Source: Reclinomonas americana ATCC 50394 | Taxonomy: Eukaryota | Direction of reading: 5' to 3' | Assembly (NCBI GenBank): GCA_048213135.1 | Contig: PS015366.1 | Location: forward strand, 54,486-107,569 | DNA: 53,084 nt | Part shown: piece after piece, positions 10,274 to 22,337 of the stretch | Layout of the letters: the number at the start of each line of letters is the position of its first letter | Position numbering within the stretch: the stretch's first letter is position 1 | Notes under the pieces: model-generated | Seen by the model: only the letters and a program-made list of their open reading frames with translations | The model's database searches: none | Told to the model about the DNA's origin: nothing | Made by a program: the position numbers and the translations under genes

Positions 10274-11371
10274 TCAGAGGTGCAGCTCAGGGTCTACGCG
10301 ACATCGATGCACCACGACTTCGGCCTCCTCCACAATGAAGCATCGCAACACCATCTCTGGCAGGAAGAGCGAATCCAGCACGCCTTCGTCTTCTGCATCC
10401 TGCATCTCTTGCACTGCGCTCATGGCCTCGCGTGCTTTGTTGAGCTCGTTCCGAGCAAGACCACACGGAGTGCTCCACACACGCACTGTCTCGTCAAAGC
10501 TGCCACTGACGATGCGCTGCCCGTCGGGAGTGATGGCAACAGACAACACCGAGTCAGTGTGTCCCTCCAGCCGCTGCAACTCCTCGCCACTCGCCAGAGA
10601 CCACACCCGCACTGTACGGTCGTCACTCCCACTCACCACGTGTTGACCATCGGGTGTGATGGTGACGGACTCCACTGCCTCAGTGTGACCCTCCAACCGT
10701 CGCACTTGTTCTCCATTCTCCAGTGACCACACTCGCACTGTCTTATCGTACGCCCCACTCACGACATGCCGACCATCGGGCGAGACAACGACAGAGCGCA
10801 CCCCACCAGTGTGTCCCCCCAGCTGCTGCACCTCCTCACCAGTTGCCAGCGACCACACCCGCACCGTCTTGTCAGAAGAACCACTCACAACGTGGCGACC
10901 ATCGGGAGTGACAACAACACTGCGCACCCACTTTCTGTGCCCCTCCAGCCGTCGCACCTCCGCGCCACTCGCCAGCGACCACACACGCACAGTCTTGTCA
11001 TGACTGCCACTCACCACATGCTGCCCGTCGGGCGCAACAGCAACAGCATACACAAAGGCAGTGTGCCCCTCCATGCGCCGCATCTCCTCACCACTCGCCA
11101 GCGACCACACGCGCACAGTCTCATCATCATTCCCGCTCACAACATGCTGCCCATCAGGCGTGATAGCAACAGCCCACACACGACCTGTGAACTCCTCCAT
11201 GCGCTGCACCTCTTCTCCTCCACCACGCACCAGTGACCACACGCGCACTGTGCTGTCCCAGCTCCCACTTGCAATGTGCAGGCCTTCGACGGAGACAGCA
11301 ACAGATTGCACAGCATATGCGTGTCCCACAAGCACATGCTTGCAGAGGAAGAGACGAGGGGGAAGAGTCAT
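10274..11371 (-). CDS. WD40 array gene A4, intronless
   Basis: MTLPPRLFLCKHVL start, 7 repeats, same tail. Confidence 0.9.
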   Translation of the reverse strand: MTLPPRLFLCKHVLVGHAYAVQSVAVSVEGLHIASGSWDSTVRVWSLVRGGGEEVQRMEEFTGRVWAVAITPDGQHVVSGNDDETVRVWSLASGEEMRRMEGHTAFVYAVAVAPDGQHVVSGSHDKTVRVWSLASGAEVRRLEGHRKWVRSVVVTPDGRHVVSGSSDKTVRVWSLATGEEVQQLGGHTGGVRSVVVSPDGRHVVSGAYDKTVRVWSLENGEQVRRLEGHTEAVESVTITPDGQHVVSGSDDRTVRVWSLASGEELQRLEGHTDSVLSVAITPDGQRIVSGSFDETVRVWSTPCGLARNELNKAREAMSAVQEMQDAEDEGVLDSLFLPEMVLRCFIVEEAEVVVHRCRVDPELHL

Positions 11372-11434
11372 GCGCGCACGCGTGAACAACTAACTGAGTG
11401 ATTGAATTTTTCCTCACTCTTTTAATATTCAACA

Positions 11435-13500
11435 ATGTGAGCCGCCACAACCCATCCTTCCCTCTCACTGACACTCACTGTCTCTCTCTCTCTCTCACAC
11501 ACAGGGGCGCAGGTCAATCTGTGAAGCTGGACGCACTGGCGAATGTCGACGACGTGAAGACCAAATGTGCGTGTTTTTTTGTGTTCCATTACTCAACTCA
11601 CACACACTTGCTCACTCACTCACACTCACACACAGTGGGCGAGGATGCTGTGGCGGAGATGCACTCCACCTTCACTGCGCTGGCCAGTCGTCGTGGAGAG
11701 CGTGAGACCATGTTGAGTGGAGAGGTTTTCCCGCGCTCTCTCTTTTGTGTCTTACTCTGTGTGTGTGGCAGCACTGAGGCCGGCTTCCTGTCCATGCTGG
11801 AGGAGATCCCGGCAATGGCCGCGGCCACCAAGGTGACTCTCAATAAGTCGCGCACTTGCTCACTTGTTTTTGTTTGCTGATATGGCACATATCATCAACC
11901 TTTCACAGGATATGCTCAAGGTCGGTGCTGCATCTTGTGTCGTTGTTGTTGTTGTCTTCTGCGAGTTCAATATGTGCGTTGTGCAGCTCATGTTCAATGC
12001 CATGGACCTGGACGGCGATGATATGTACATTGCGCTGTTTGTCTGTCTTTGTGTTGCTGTGAGTGCTGACTTGTGTGTTTTTTCGTGCACGAGTGTTGGA
12101 TTTCAATGGTACATGCGTGTCTGTGTATGCTCATGGTGTGCGGTGATGCTGATGGCTCACTGGCACGTCGTGGCAGAGTTCCTCACTGGCATGTACGTGG
12201 TGACGGCGCCGGAGGCCGGTCGCGAGAAGATGATGCTGATGTTCCGCAGTTGCGTGCGAGCTTGACGTGCCAAGTGTGTGTCGTGCGGCGGCAGCTGATG
12301 GTGGAGTGGCAGTCTTTGATGCCAACCGCGACGGCTTTGTGTCCAAGACCGAGGCCAAGAAGATCTTCAAGGTGGCCATCAACATGGCGCAGTCTGTCAT
12401 GGTGGCCATGATGCAGGGCATGGTGAGCAGTGGGCGCGGCGTGGCGTGGCGGGTGATGTGCTCTCCTGCCGCTCACACACTGCGATGCAGATGAGCATGT
12501 CGGCGGCGGAGGCCAAGCGCGCTGTCAAGGCCATGATGCCGGCGGTCGACGAAATCGTGGACTCCCTCTTTGCCAAGATGGTTCGTTTTGCCTTAGCGGG
12601 GTCTCGCCTTACCTTCTTATCTCTCTTTCTTCACTGCACGGGTTCCTTTTTGAAGGTCACCTTTTCTTTCTCTCCTTTCGACCTGCACTCCTGCTTGTGA
12701 GTGCGTTGGAGGCACATCCAAGCACAGCAGAGGCAGCTGCTCTCCCCTCTCCACCTTGTATTCTTTCTTTCCCTCGCTTGTGAGCGCTACAGAGACGATC
12801 ACACCACGCATGCTGAAGCGGCTGTTCTTCTCATTCTGTCGCTCTCTGTTGACCATGGACACCTCGTTTCGCTTCGCCTTTGTGCGCAACTGAGGCCATC
12901 GGATTTGCGCTTGTACATGCACATCTGAGCGTAGCAGAAGCATTTTTTCCTTCACAATCTTCCGCTCCTCTCTCCACCTTCCATGCTTTTCTTCCTCCCA
13001 CGTGTGAGCGCTGTTGAAGCGATACGATCCGCGCTGGTGCATCTGCGTTGGAGACCACATCTGAGCACTGCATACGCCTGCTGCTCTCCTCACCTTTCCT
13101 CGCTTGTGCGCGCAACTGAAGCTATCCGATCTGCGCTCGCACCGGCACATCTGAGCACAGCAGAAAAGGCGCCATTCTCACACCATTCACTCCTCGCGTC
13201 TCCTCGCTTGTCCGCAACTGATGCATCGCTTGTGCAGAGAGCACATCTGAGCACTGCAGAAGCGGTAGCTTTCCTCGTTCCTCCACTCCTTCTTTTCCAT
13301 TCACTCGTCACCTTTCCTCGCTTGAAGCAATCAGATACATTGCACATCTGACCTCTCCCTCTTCCCCTTCTCCTCTGCAGGACACCAACCAAGACGGCAA
13401 GATCTCCTTGGAGGAGTGGCTGAGCCAGCCCGAGTTCGAGGACGAGAAGGTCGTGTCGCTGTTGGGCTCTCTCGGACTCATGCAGTCGTCGTCGAGCTAA
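11435..13500 (+). CDS. N-myristoylated EF-hand calcium sensor (NCS/recoverin/calcineurin-B-like), 11 coding exons
   Basis: Exons 11435-36, 11505-566, 11636-711, 11772-832, 11909-920, 11987-12020, 12091-108, 12177-248, 12313-422, 12491-580, 13381-500 join in frame: MGAGQS...MDLDGDGVLDFNEF...FDANRDGFVSKTE...MDTNQDGKISLEEW. Confidence 0.85.
12700..13355 (+). repeat. Degenerate intronic tandem repeat (core GCACATCTGAGCAC(T/A)GCAGAAG), ~6 copies
   Basis: Core recurs at ~12712, 12919, 13056, 13145, 13241 and 13342. Confidence 0.7.
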
Positions 13501-13595
13501 ACACCACCGACACACAAAATTTCCTCAAGTCACTTGCTTGCTTGTGTGTGTGTGGTGGAGAGAGACAGAGTGAGAACACACAAAAGTAGTGAAGA

Positions 13596-13844
13596 ATGTC
13601 TGTGCGCATTGCTATTGATCGCGGAGGCACCTTTACGGATGTGTATGCCGAGCTGCCTGGAGGAGTGGTGGTGGTGGAAAAGTTGCTCTCTGTCGACCCT
13701 GCCAACTATGCCGATGCGCCCACGGAAGGTGTGAAGAGCGTGCTTGTTCTCTTTCTCTCATTCTCACATATATGCGTGCTCCCTCTTGTGTGAGGAAGTG
13801 TGCGTGCATTTGTGTGCGTGCATTGATTGATCCGATCATGCATT

Positions 13845-13875
<31 letters not shown>

Positions 13876-14305
13876 CAGACAGTGTGACACATACACGCAC
13901 ACACACTNNNNNNNNNNNNNNNNNNNNNNNNNNNNNNNNNNNNNNNNNNNNNNNNNNNNNNNNNNNNNNNNNNNNNNNNNNNNNNNNNNNNNNNNNNNNN
14001 NNNNNNNNNNNNNNNNNNNNNNNNNNNNNNNNNNNNNNNNNNNNNNNNNNNNNNNNNNNNNNNNNNNNNNNNNNNNNNNNNNNNNNNNNNNNNNNNNNNN
14101 NNNNNNNNNNNNNNNNNNNNNNNNNNNNNNNNNNNNNNNNNNNNNNNNNNNNNNNNNNNNNNNNNNNNNNNNNNNNNNNNNNNNNNNNNNNNNNNNNNNN
14201 NNNNNNNNNNNNNNNNNNNNNNNNNNNNNNNNNNNNNNNNNNNNNNNNNNNNNNNNNNNNNNNNNNNNNNNNNNNNNNNNNNNNNNNNNNNNNNNNNNNN
14301 NNNNN

Positions 14306-14371
<66 letters not shown>

Positions 14372-17300
14372 TTTCTATCTCCCCAGTCTTCATTCTCTCT
14401 CATCACTTTCTAACTCTCCCCTCCTCCCTCACTCTCTCTCTCTCTCTCTTCACTTTTTCTCACTCTTCCCTTCTCTCTCTCTCCTTTGCACTCACACGCG
14501 AGCGGAGCGCAGAAACCAAGCGTGGTGTCGGGTCGGGAGGTGCGCGAGACGCAGGGTGTGAACGGAGAAACAGTGCAGATCATCCAGCCACTGGAGGAGG
14601 AGCAGCTGCGTGCGGATCTGCGACGAGTGCTGGAGAGCACGGAGATTCGAAGCTGTGCGGTGGTGCTGGCGCACGCGTATGCGTTCCCGCAGCACGAGAT
14701 TCGTTGCGGTGAGATTGCGCGCGAGGTCGGCTTCACACACGTGTCGTTGTCGCACGAGATTATGCAAATGGTGCGCCTGGTGCCGCGTGGGCAGACCACG
14801 GCGGTCGACGCCTACTTGACGCCGATTATCCACGAGTATCTGCGCGGCTTCCGACAAGGTTTCAAGAACGAACTGGCTGTTGCGTTGCGATGAGAGGAGA
14901 ACGGTGATGGTGATCAGGGGTATTCACTCTGTGCATGCAGGGCGTCAACGTGCTGTTCATGCAATCCGACGGTGGTCTCACATCGGCCAACGATTTCCGC
15001 GGCTGCCGCGCCATCTTCTCGGGGCCAGCTGGTGCGCTGCGAGTTGGTTGTTTTGGTCGAGCTGCTTTGTCGATGAACCCGCTCAACTGTGTATGTGTGC
15101 AGGCGGTGTCGTGGGCTACGCGCTGTCGAGCTACAATGCCGAGTCGCAACAGGCGGTGATTGGTTTCGACATGGGTGGCACGTCGACGGATGTGTCGCGC
15201 TACCATGGCACATTCGAGCACGTCTTCGAAGTAGAGACGGCTGGCGTGACTCTGCAGACGCCTCAGTTGGATGTGCAGACAGTGGCGGCCGGAGGTGGCT
15301 CCAAATTGCACGTTCTCGAAGGTGGCATGCTGGCTGCGGGACCCGACAGCGTCGGTGTGTGTTGTATCCGTTCGGTTTCTCCTCTACTCTACCGGGTCTC
15401 ACTCACCCCCCGGCAATATGAAGGCGCACATCCGGGACCAGTGTGTTACCGCAAGGGTGGCGAGTTGGCCGTGACCGACGCCAACATTGTGCTCGGTCGC
15501 ATCGTCCCTGAGTATTTCCCAGCCATTTTCGGCCCGCACAAAAACGAACCGCTGGACGCGGCAGGCGCTCGTCGTGCCTTTGAGGAGCTCCTGGATCGCG
15601 TGCGTCACTTGCTACCGTCGTCGATTCACACGGTGGAGGAGCTGGCGTCTGGTGTGCATGATTGTAGGGCGAGAGCACTCTTTGTTTCCTTTGTTTGTTA
15701 TTTGGCTCTCGCGTGCTGAGTTCGGGTCAGCATTTTTGGGCGTTGACGTTCCTTGCTCTTTCTCTTTCTATTTCATATGAGGCTCTATCTCTATCTGTCT
15801 GTGTCTCCTTTTTCCATTCTTGTACTTCTTCGTCGTGCTTCTTGTCCTCCTCTTCTTCCGCTGCTCACACTCCTCCTCCTCTTCCAACTTCTTCTGCGTC
15901 CCCTTTTTGTTCTGCTTCTTCTCCTCCTCCTCTTCTTCCTCCACCTCCTCCTCCACCACCACCACCACCACCTCCTCCTCCTTCTTCCTCCTCCTTCTGT
16001 TCCTTCTTTGCTCTCTTTCTTCTTCTTCATCATGTTCTTCTCCTCTTTCTCCTCCTCCTCCTTCCTCCTCCACCTCCTCCTCCTTCTCCTTCCTCCTTCC
16101 ACCTCCCCTTTCTTCTTCTCTTTTCCTTCCTTCTCCTCCACTTCCTTCTCCCCACTCACCTCACCGGCAGGATTCGTGCGCGTGGCCAACGAGACCATGG
16201 CGCGTCCGATCCGCAACATGACGGTGGCCAAGGGCTACGATGTCGTTACGTGTAATTTTTATGACGTTGCACACTGCCTAGCATTGCTCACGGTGTCCGT
16301 GTATGCAGCGCGAACATGTCTTGTCGTGCTTTGGTGGAGCTGGCGGGCAGCACGCGTGTTCCATTGCCCGTGATCTGGGCATTCGAAAGGTGTTTGTGCA
16401 CCGCTACGCCGGCATTCTGAGTTGCGTCACGTTGGCAATGTGCAATCGCCGGAATGCCTCTCACTCTGCGAGAGTAGGTGCGTACGGCATGGCCTTGGCC
16501 GACATTGTAGAGGACGTGCAAGAGACGTGTCCGTGTGTCTACTCGGAGGCGTCGTTGCGCGACACGCTGGAGCCGAAACTCAGCGAGCTCCGTGAGCGAG
16601 CCGTGAGCGCGCTGGTCGCCAAGGGTCACGTGCGCGACTCGATTCGCACCGAGGTCTGGCCTCCGCATTTCTTCGTCGACTGTCCGCTCATCTCTCACTC
16701 TCATTTCGCATCGCAGGAGTACATCCACTTGCGATACCGCGGCACCGATCATGGCATCATGACGGCGCGTCCCGCTGTCGGCGTAACCTATGAGGAGGCG
16801 TTTGTGGAGAGCTACCGCAAGGAGTTTGGGTTTGTGCTGCCCACTCGCGACATCCTGGTCGACGATTGCCGCGTGCGTGCCATGGCCAACTCGAGTGGTT
16901 TCTCACTCTCCAGTTGCGTTGTGCCTTTTCTTGTCAGTCAGTCAGTCAATCACGTGCAGGCGTTATTGAAGCGGCTGGTGGATGCAGGTGGCCAAGACGT
17001 ACACACTCCGTTCCTGCCGGAGACCACCGTACCCGAGGGCGAGGCAGTCAAGCGGGTCTCGGTTGAGCCGCGTTCGGTGACCAGCTCCTTCTTCCCGAGC
17101 ACTGGGCGGTACGTCTGAGCGTACACACACGAGAGACCAGGTTGTTTCCTTGCGGTCACCACTGCTTTGCTGCAGAGTTGAGATCCCCGTGTATGTGCTC
17201 GATGCCATGATTGCGTCGCGCTCTGCGGCCGGTGACGCGTCGTCGTCGTTGGTGCGCGTGGAGGGCCCATGCATTGTCATGATGGATACGTGGTGCGTGC

Positions 17301-20196
17301 GTGGGATGGACGTCGTTGATGCATAGAACATGGACTCTCCTCATTCGCACACAGCACTGTTGTGGTGGAGCCGCGATGCACTGCCTCGCTCACTGTGGCT
17401 GGCAACTTGCAACTGGATCTGGATTACGAAGGCGCCGAAAGCGGTGCTCATCACGCCTCTGCGCATTCTGCAGTCGCTGATGATGTGTGCGACCCGAGTT
17501 GCGAATTCCCTCCTTGTTTCGCAAATCTGTAGTCACTGTGGTGCCTCATGCTCGTTGTGTGTCTATGTGCAGTTCTGCTTTCCATCTTCTCCCATCGCTT
17601 CATGGGCATTGCGGAGCAAATGGGCCGAACGCTAGAGCGCACTTCCATCTCCACCAACATTCGTGAGCGTCTCGATTTCAGCTGCGCGATTTTTGACGTT
17701 GCGTCTCACTCTCACTCTCGAGCATCAGTTCGTCGTGCTGAAGTGCATCATTCGTGCAGCCTGCCGGTGGACTGGTGGCCAATGGTTTGTGTGCTTTACA
17801 CAACTGTCGAGTCATTCCATGTTCCTCACAACGCACTGTACAGCTCCCAACCTTCCTGTACACCTCGGCAGCATGAGCGAAGCGGTGCGATGGCAGATCA
17901 AGCATCTCGGTTCGCTTCTGTTTCCCAAGTCGGCACAGAAGGACTGCTTGACTGACCGCGCTCCGCAGGCGACAGTTGGACCGATGAAGTCATCCTCACA
18001 AATCATCCGTGGGCCGGTGGCTCGCACTTGCCCGACTTGACGGTGATCACTCCGGTAAGCTCTGCTCCACGCAATACTTAGCCAGTAGAGCAACGTGTTG
18101 CCGCTCACATCTCTCTCTCTCCCTCTCCCGCCCTGCGTGAGTACAGGTGCGCTCCAACGGCAGTGTGGTGTTTTATGTGGCTGCGCGAGGCCACCACGCC
18201 GACATTGGCGGCATTCAACCGGGCTCGATGCCGCCGTTCTCGCAGACGCTTGCCGAGGTTTGTTGGTCACTTCCAGGTGCTTTGCGCCGTGTTCTCATTC
18301 TGCCTGCGCAGGAGGGACTGGCGGTCGAAAGCGTGATGCTAGTCAAGGACGGCGTCTTCCAGGAGGAGACCATTGTCGGGCTGGTAAGCAGTCGGCAGGA
18401 GGTGCCCACCTGTATGGTTTGCCGCTCACGGGCGGCTCTGCACAGTTGCGCGAGGCTGGTTCGCGAACCATTCCCGACAACCTCAGCGACTTGCATGCCC
18501 AGGCGGCGGCCAACAACAAGGTGCAGTGGCACAACTGCGAGAGTCTGTCCCCGTCCGCCAAGCTCACCTGATGTTTTCGTCACCGCCACACGCGTAGGGC
18601 ATCCAATTGCTGCAGCAGCTGATTGAGGAGTACTCGTTGCGACGCGTCCATCGCTACATGCACTTTGGTGAGTGAGCGAGTGAGTGAGTGGGCGTCTATC
18701 GACAGCGTCCTAACACAGTTCCTCATCGCAGTGCAACGAAATGCGGAGCTGTGTGTGCGAGCCATGTTGAAGCGGTTGGCTGAGCGGCACGGCAAGCCGG
18801 TGCAGGATCCATCGGGCGCCGTTTCGTCACATTCTCGTCATTTTCGCGGTAGGGGAAATTCTTCCTCATCTCGTGGTGTGCAGGTGTCCACTGTGGCAGA
18901 GCTGGCGGCCACCGACTCAATGGATGATGGCACAGTGGTGCGTTTGCCTTTCCGCAAGGGCGTGATGTGTGCAGAATGCTGACTTGTGTGTTGTTTGCAG
19001 ATTTGCATCTCCATCAAGGTCGACAAGAACGACGGCAGTGCCGTGGTGGATTTCAGTGGATGCGGTCCGCAGGTTCTCGGCAACACCAACTCACCTCGCG
19101 CCGTGTGCGTCTCAGCTCTCCTCTACTGTCTTCGCTGTCTGATCGAGCAGGACATTCCACTGAACGAAGGTGAGGCTGGCAGTTGGTGGGACTGGCGATG
19201 TTGATGCGCTGATTGCATAATGTGCAGGATGTTTGATCCCGGTGCGCATCATCTTCCCCTCGTACGCCTCGATTGTGGCCCCGTCCAAGACGGCGGCCGT
19301 CGTCGGCGGCAATGTGCTCACTTCGCAGCGTGTGACGGACGTGATCTTGGTTGCGTTGCGCTGCATATGCCTCTGTCTGGTGCACGCCGCGCGTCTCACA
19401 CCACGTGTAGCACGCCTTCCAAGCCTGCGGTGCCTCGCAGGGTTGCATGAACAACTTCACCTTTGGCAACGAGCGGTTCGGCTACTACGAGACCATTGCT
19501 GGCGGAGCAGGTGCCGGGCCCACGTGGGACGGCTGCTCGGGTGTGCAGGTGCACATGACCAACACGCGCATCACCGACGTGGAGATTATGGAACGGCGAT
19601 ACCCGGTGCTGCTTCGCCAGTTTGCTTTGCGCCGAGGATCGGGTGGCACCGGACTCCACCACGGTGGAAATGGAGTGATTCGGTGCGTGACGGGTGAATG
19701 CTGTCCATTCTTTTTGCTGTGCATTGTTGACATGCTTTGTGCGCAATGCATAGCGAGGTCGAGTTCCTCGAGGTGCGCCACTTTTGACACTTCTGCTCCT
19801 GTGACTTGCGGAGACTTATTTTGTTTTGTAGCCGCTTCAAATGGGCATTCTCTCCGAGCGCCGTGCTCTCGGTGTGTGTCTGTCGAACCCCGCACCGCGC
19901 ACCGCGCATTGCTGCGATGATATTTCTCATCTCTTCTTTCCCGTGTGGTAGCTCCCTATGGGCTGGCCGGTGGCGGTCCCGGCGAGCGCGGACTGAACCT
20001 GCTCCTCCGGCAAGAGGACGGCGTCACGATCAACATTGGCGGCAAGGCCTCGCTCCGTGTGCACCCAGTTACGCGCGCCGCACGTATAGTTGCATGCAGA
20101 TTCGTGCTCGCAACCATGCATGACTCTTTTTTGTTGCAGGGCGATCGAGTGCGCATTCACACTCCAGGTGGCGGTGGCTACGGTGTTCCCTTGTAG
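13596..20196 (+). CDS. OPLAH: 5-oxoprolinase (ATP-hydrolysing; fused hydantoinase A/B), ~29 exons, one gap
   Basis: Motifs [90 protein letters not shown] and TPGGGGYG appear in order after removing 60-80 nt introns. Confidence 0.95.
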
Positions 20197-20352
20197 TCGG
20201 GGGAAACTGATCATGAGGCGGGGAAACGGAATGGAAGTGAAATAATTCGTACACACATCCCCCGACGCATCCACGAGGGTTGGAGTAAAAGGACTTCGTT
20301 CACATGACAAGAAGGACAAAGATCAACGACGAAGGATTTAACAGTCACGCAA

Positions 20353-21459
20353 ATGCTTACGAAGGTGCGCCACGCGTGATTCTCTTTCGTTGTCGCTGGT
20401 GCGTCTCACCACAGGTGGGTGGCGCAGATCTTCAAGGGACACACCTCTAACGTGATGTCTGTCGCCATCACTCCCGATGGCCGACACATCGTCAGTGGCA
20501 GCATTGACCGCACAGTGCGTGTGTGGTCACTGACGAGTAGAAAGAAGGAGCGGCGGCTGGCAAGACACACTGGAGGGCTGAACTCGATTGCTGTCACTCC
20601 CGATGGTCGCCACATCGTGAGCGGCAGTGATGACATGACCGTGCGAGTGTGGTCACTGGCGACTGGCAAGGAGGTGCGACGGTTGGAGGGGCACACTTGG
20701 GGGTTGTGGTCTGTTGTCGCCACTCCCGATAGCTCGCACGTGGTCAGCGGAAGCTCTGACAAGACAATACGAGTGTGGTCTGTGGCGACTGGCGCAGAAG
20801 TGCAAAGGTTGGAGGGGCACTCGGCCACGGTGTTCTCGGTCGCCGTCACCCCCGACGGTCTGCACGTTGTGAGCAGCAGCGCTGATAAAACCGTGCGACT
20901 ATGGTCACTGGCAACCGGCGAGGAGATGCGACGGTTCAAGGGACACACGAAGAATGTGTTATCTGTCGCCGTCGCTCCCGATGGTCAGCATGTAGTGAGC
21001 GGGAGTTACGACATGACGATTCGCGTGTGGTCACTTGCGAGTGGTGAGGAGGTGCGGGGATTGGTGGGGCACACTGACACAGTGGCTTCTGTCGCCGTCA
21101 CACCCGATGGTCAGTTTGTCGTGAGCGGGAGTTACGACAAGACTGTGCGAGTGTGGTCACTGGCCAGTGGCGCGGAGGTGCGACGACTGGAGGGACATAC
21201 CGAGTGGGTGGCGTCTGTCGCTGTCGGTGCAGATGGCCATCATATCGTGAGTGGAGGCGGAGACGAGACGATACGAATGTGGTCCACGGCACGTGCCCTT
21301 GCCAGACAGGAGCTCGCGGTCGCACGGTTGGCTGTGCAAGCCGTCAACGAGCTGCTGATTGACGAGGATGACCGCGATTGGATCCTGGTCGACGTCGCTC
21401 TGCGTTGTTTCGTGCTGGAGGATGCAGAGCTGGTGGAGGGTCGCGCACCTGGGTGGTAG
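20353..21459 (+). CDS. WD40 array gene B1 (12-nt first exon MLTK, intron 20365-20427, 7 WD40 + tail)
   Basis: ATGCTTACGAAG|GTGCGC...GCGCAG|ATCTTCAAGGGACAC; tail WILVDVALRCFVLEDAELVEGRAPGW. Confidence 0.9.
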
Positions 21460-22337
21460 GTGCACGAGAGCTACTTGCCTCCCGGTGCCAGGCTGGNNNN
21501 NNNNNNNNNNNNNNNNNNNNNNNNNNNNNNNNNNNNNNNNNNNNNNNNNNNNNNNNNNNNNNNNNNNNNNNNNNNNNNNNNNNNNNNNNNNNNNNNNNNN
21601 NNNNNNNNNNNNNNNNNNNNNNNNNNNNNNNNNNNNNNNNNNNNNNNNNNNNNNNNNNNNNNNNNNNNNNNNNNNNNNNNNNNNNNNNNNNNNNNNNNNN
21701 NNNNNNNNNNNNNNNNNNNNNNNNNNNNNNNNNNNNNNNNNNNNNNNNNNNNNNNNNNNNNNNNNNNNNNNNNNNNNNNNNNNNNNNNNNNNNNNNNNNN
21801 NNNNNNNNNNNNNNNNNNNNNNNNNNNNNNNNNNNNNNNNNNNNNNNNNNNNNNNNNNNNNNNNNNNNNNNNNNNNNNNNNNNNNNNNNNNNNNNNNNNN
21901 NNNNNNNNNNNNNNNNNNNNNNNNNNNNNNNNNNNNNNNNNNNNNNNNNNNNNNNNNNNNNNNNNNNNNNNNNNNNNNNNNNNNNNNNNNNNNNNNNNNN
22001 NNNNNNNNNNNNNNNNNNNNNNNNNNNNNNNNNNNNNNNNNNNNNNNNNNNNNNNNNNNNNNNNNNNNNNNNNNNNNNNNNNNNNNNNNNNNNNNNNNNN
22101 NNNNNNNNNNNNNNNNNNNNNNNNNNNNNNNNNNNNNNNNNNNNNNNNNNNNNNNNNNNNNNNNNNNNNNNNNNNNNNNNNNNNNNNNNNNNNNNNNNNN
22201 NNNNNNNNNNNNNNNNNNNNNNNNNNNNNNNNNNNNNNNNNNNNNNNNNNNNNNNNNNNNNNNNNNNNNNNNNNNNNNNNNNNNNNNNNNNNNNNNNNNN
22301 NNNNNNNNNNNNNNNNNNNNNNNNNNNNNNNNNNNNN

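Noticed and set aside
12021-12090. U12 (minor spliceosome) assignment of the AT-AC intron
   Set aside because: Lacks the ATATCC donor and TCCTTAAC branch consensus.
21457-21496. Stop read-through or a donor right after TAG (TAG-GTRCAY) in B copies
   Set aside because: Not conserved: other copies use TGA/TAA or end in HEA/REA with different downstream sequence.
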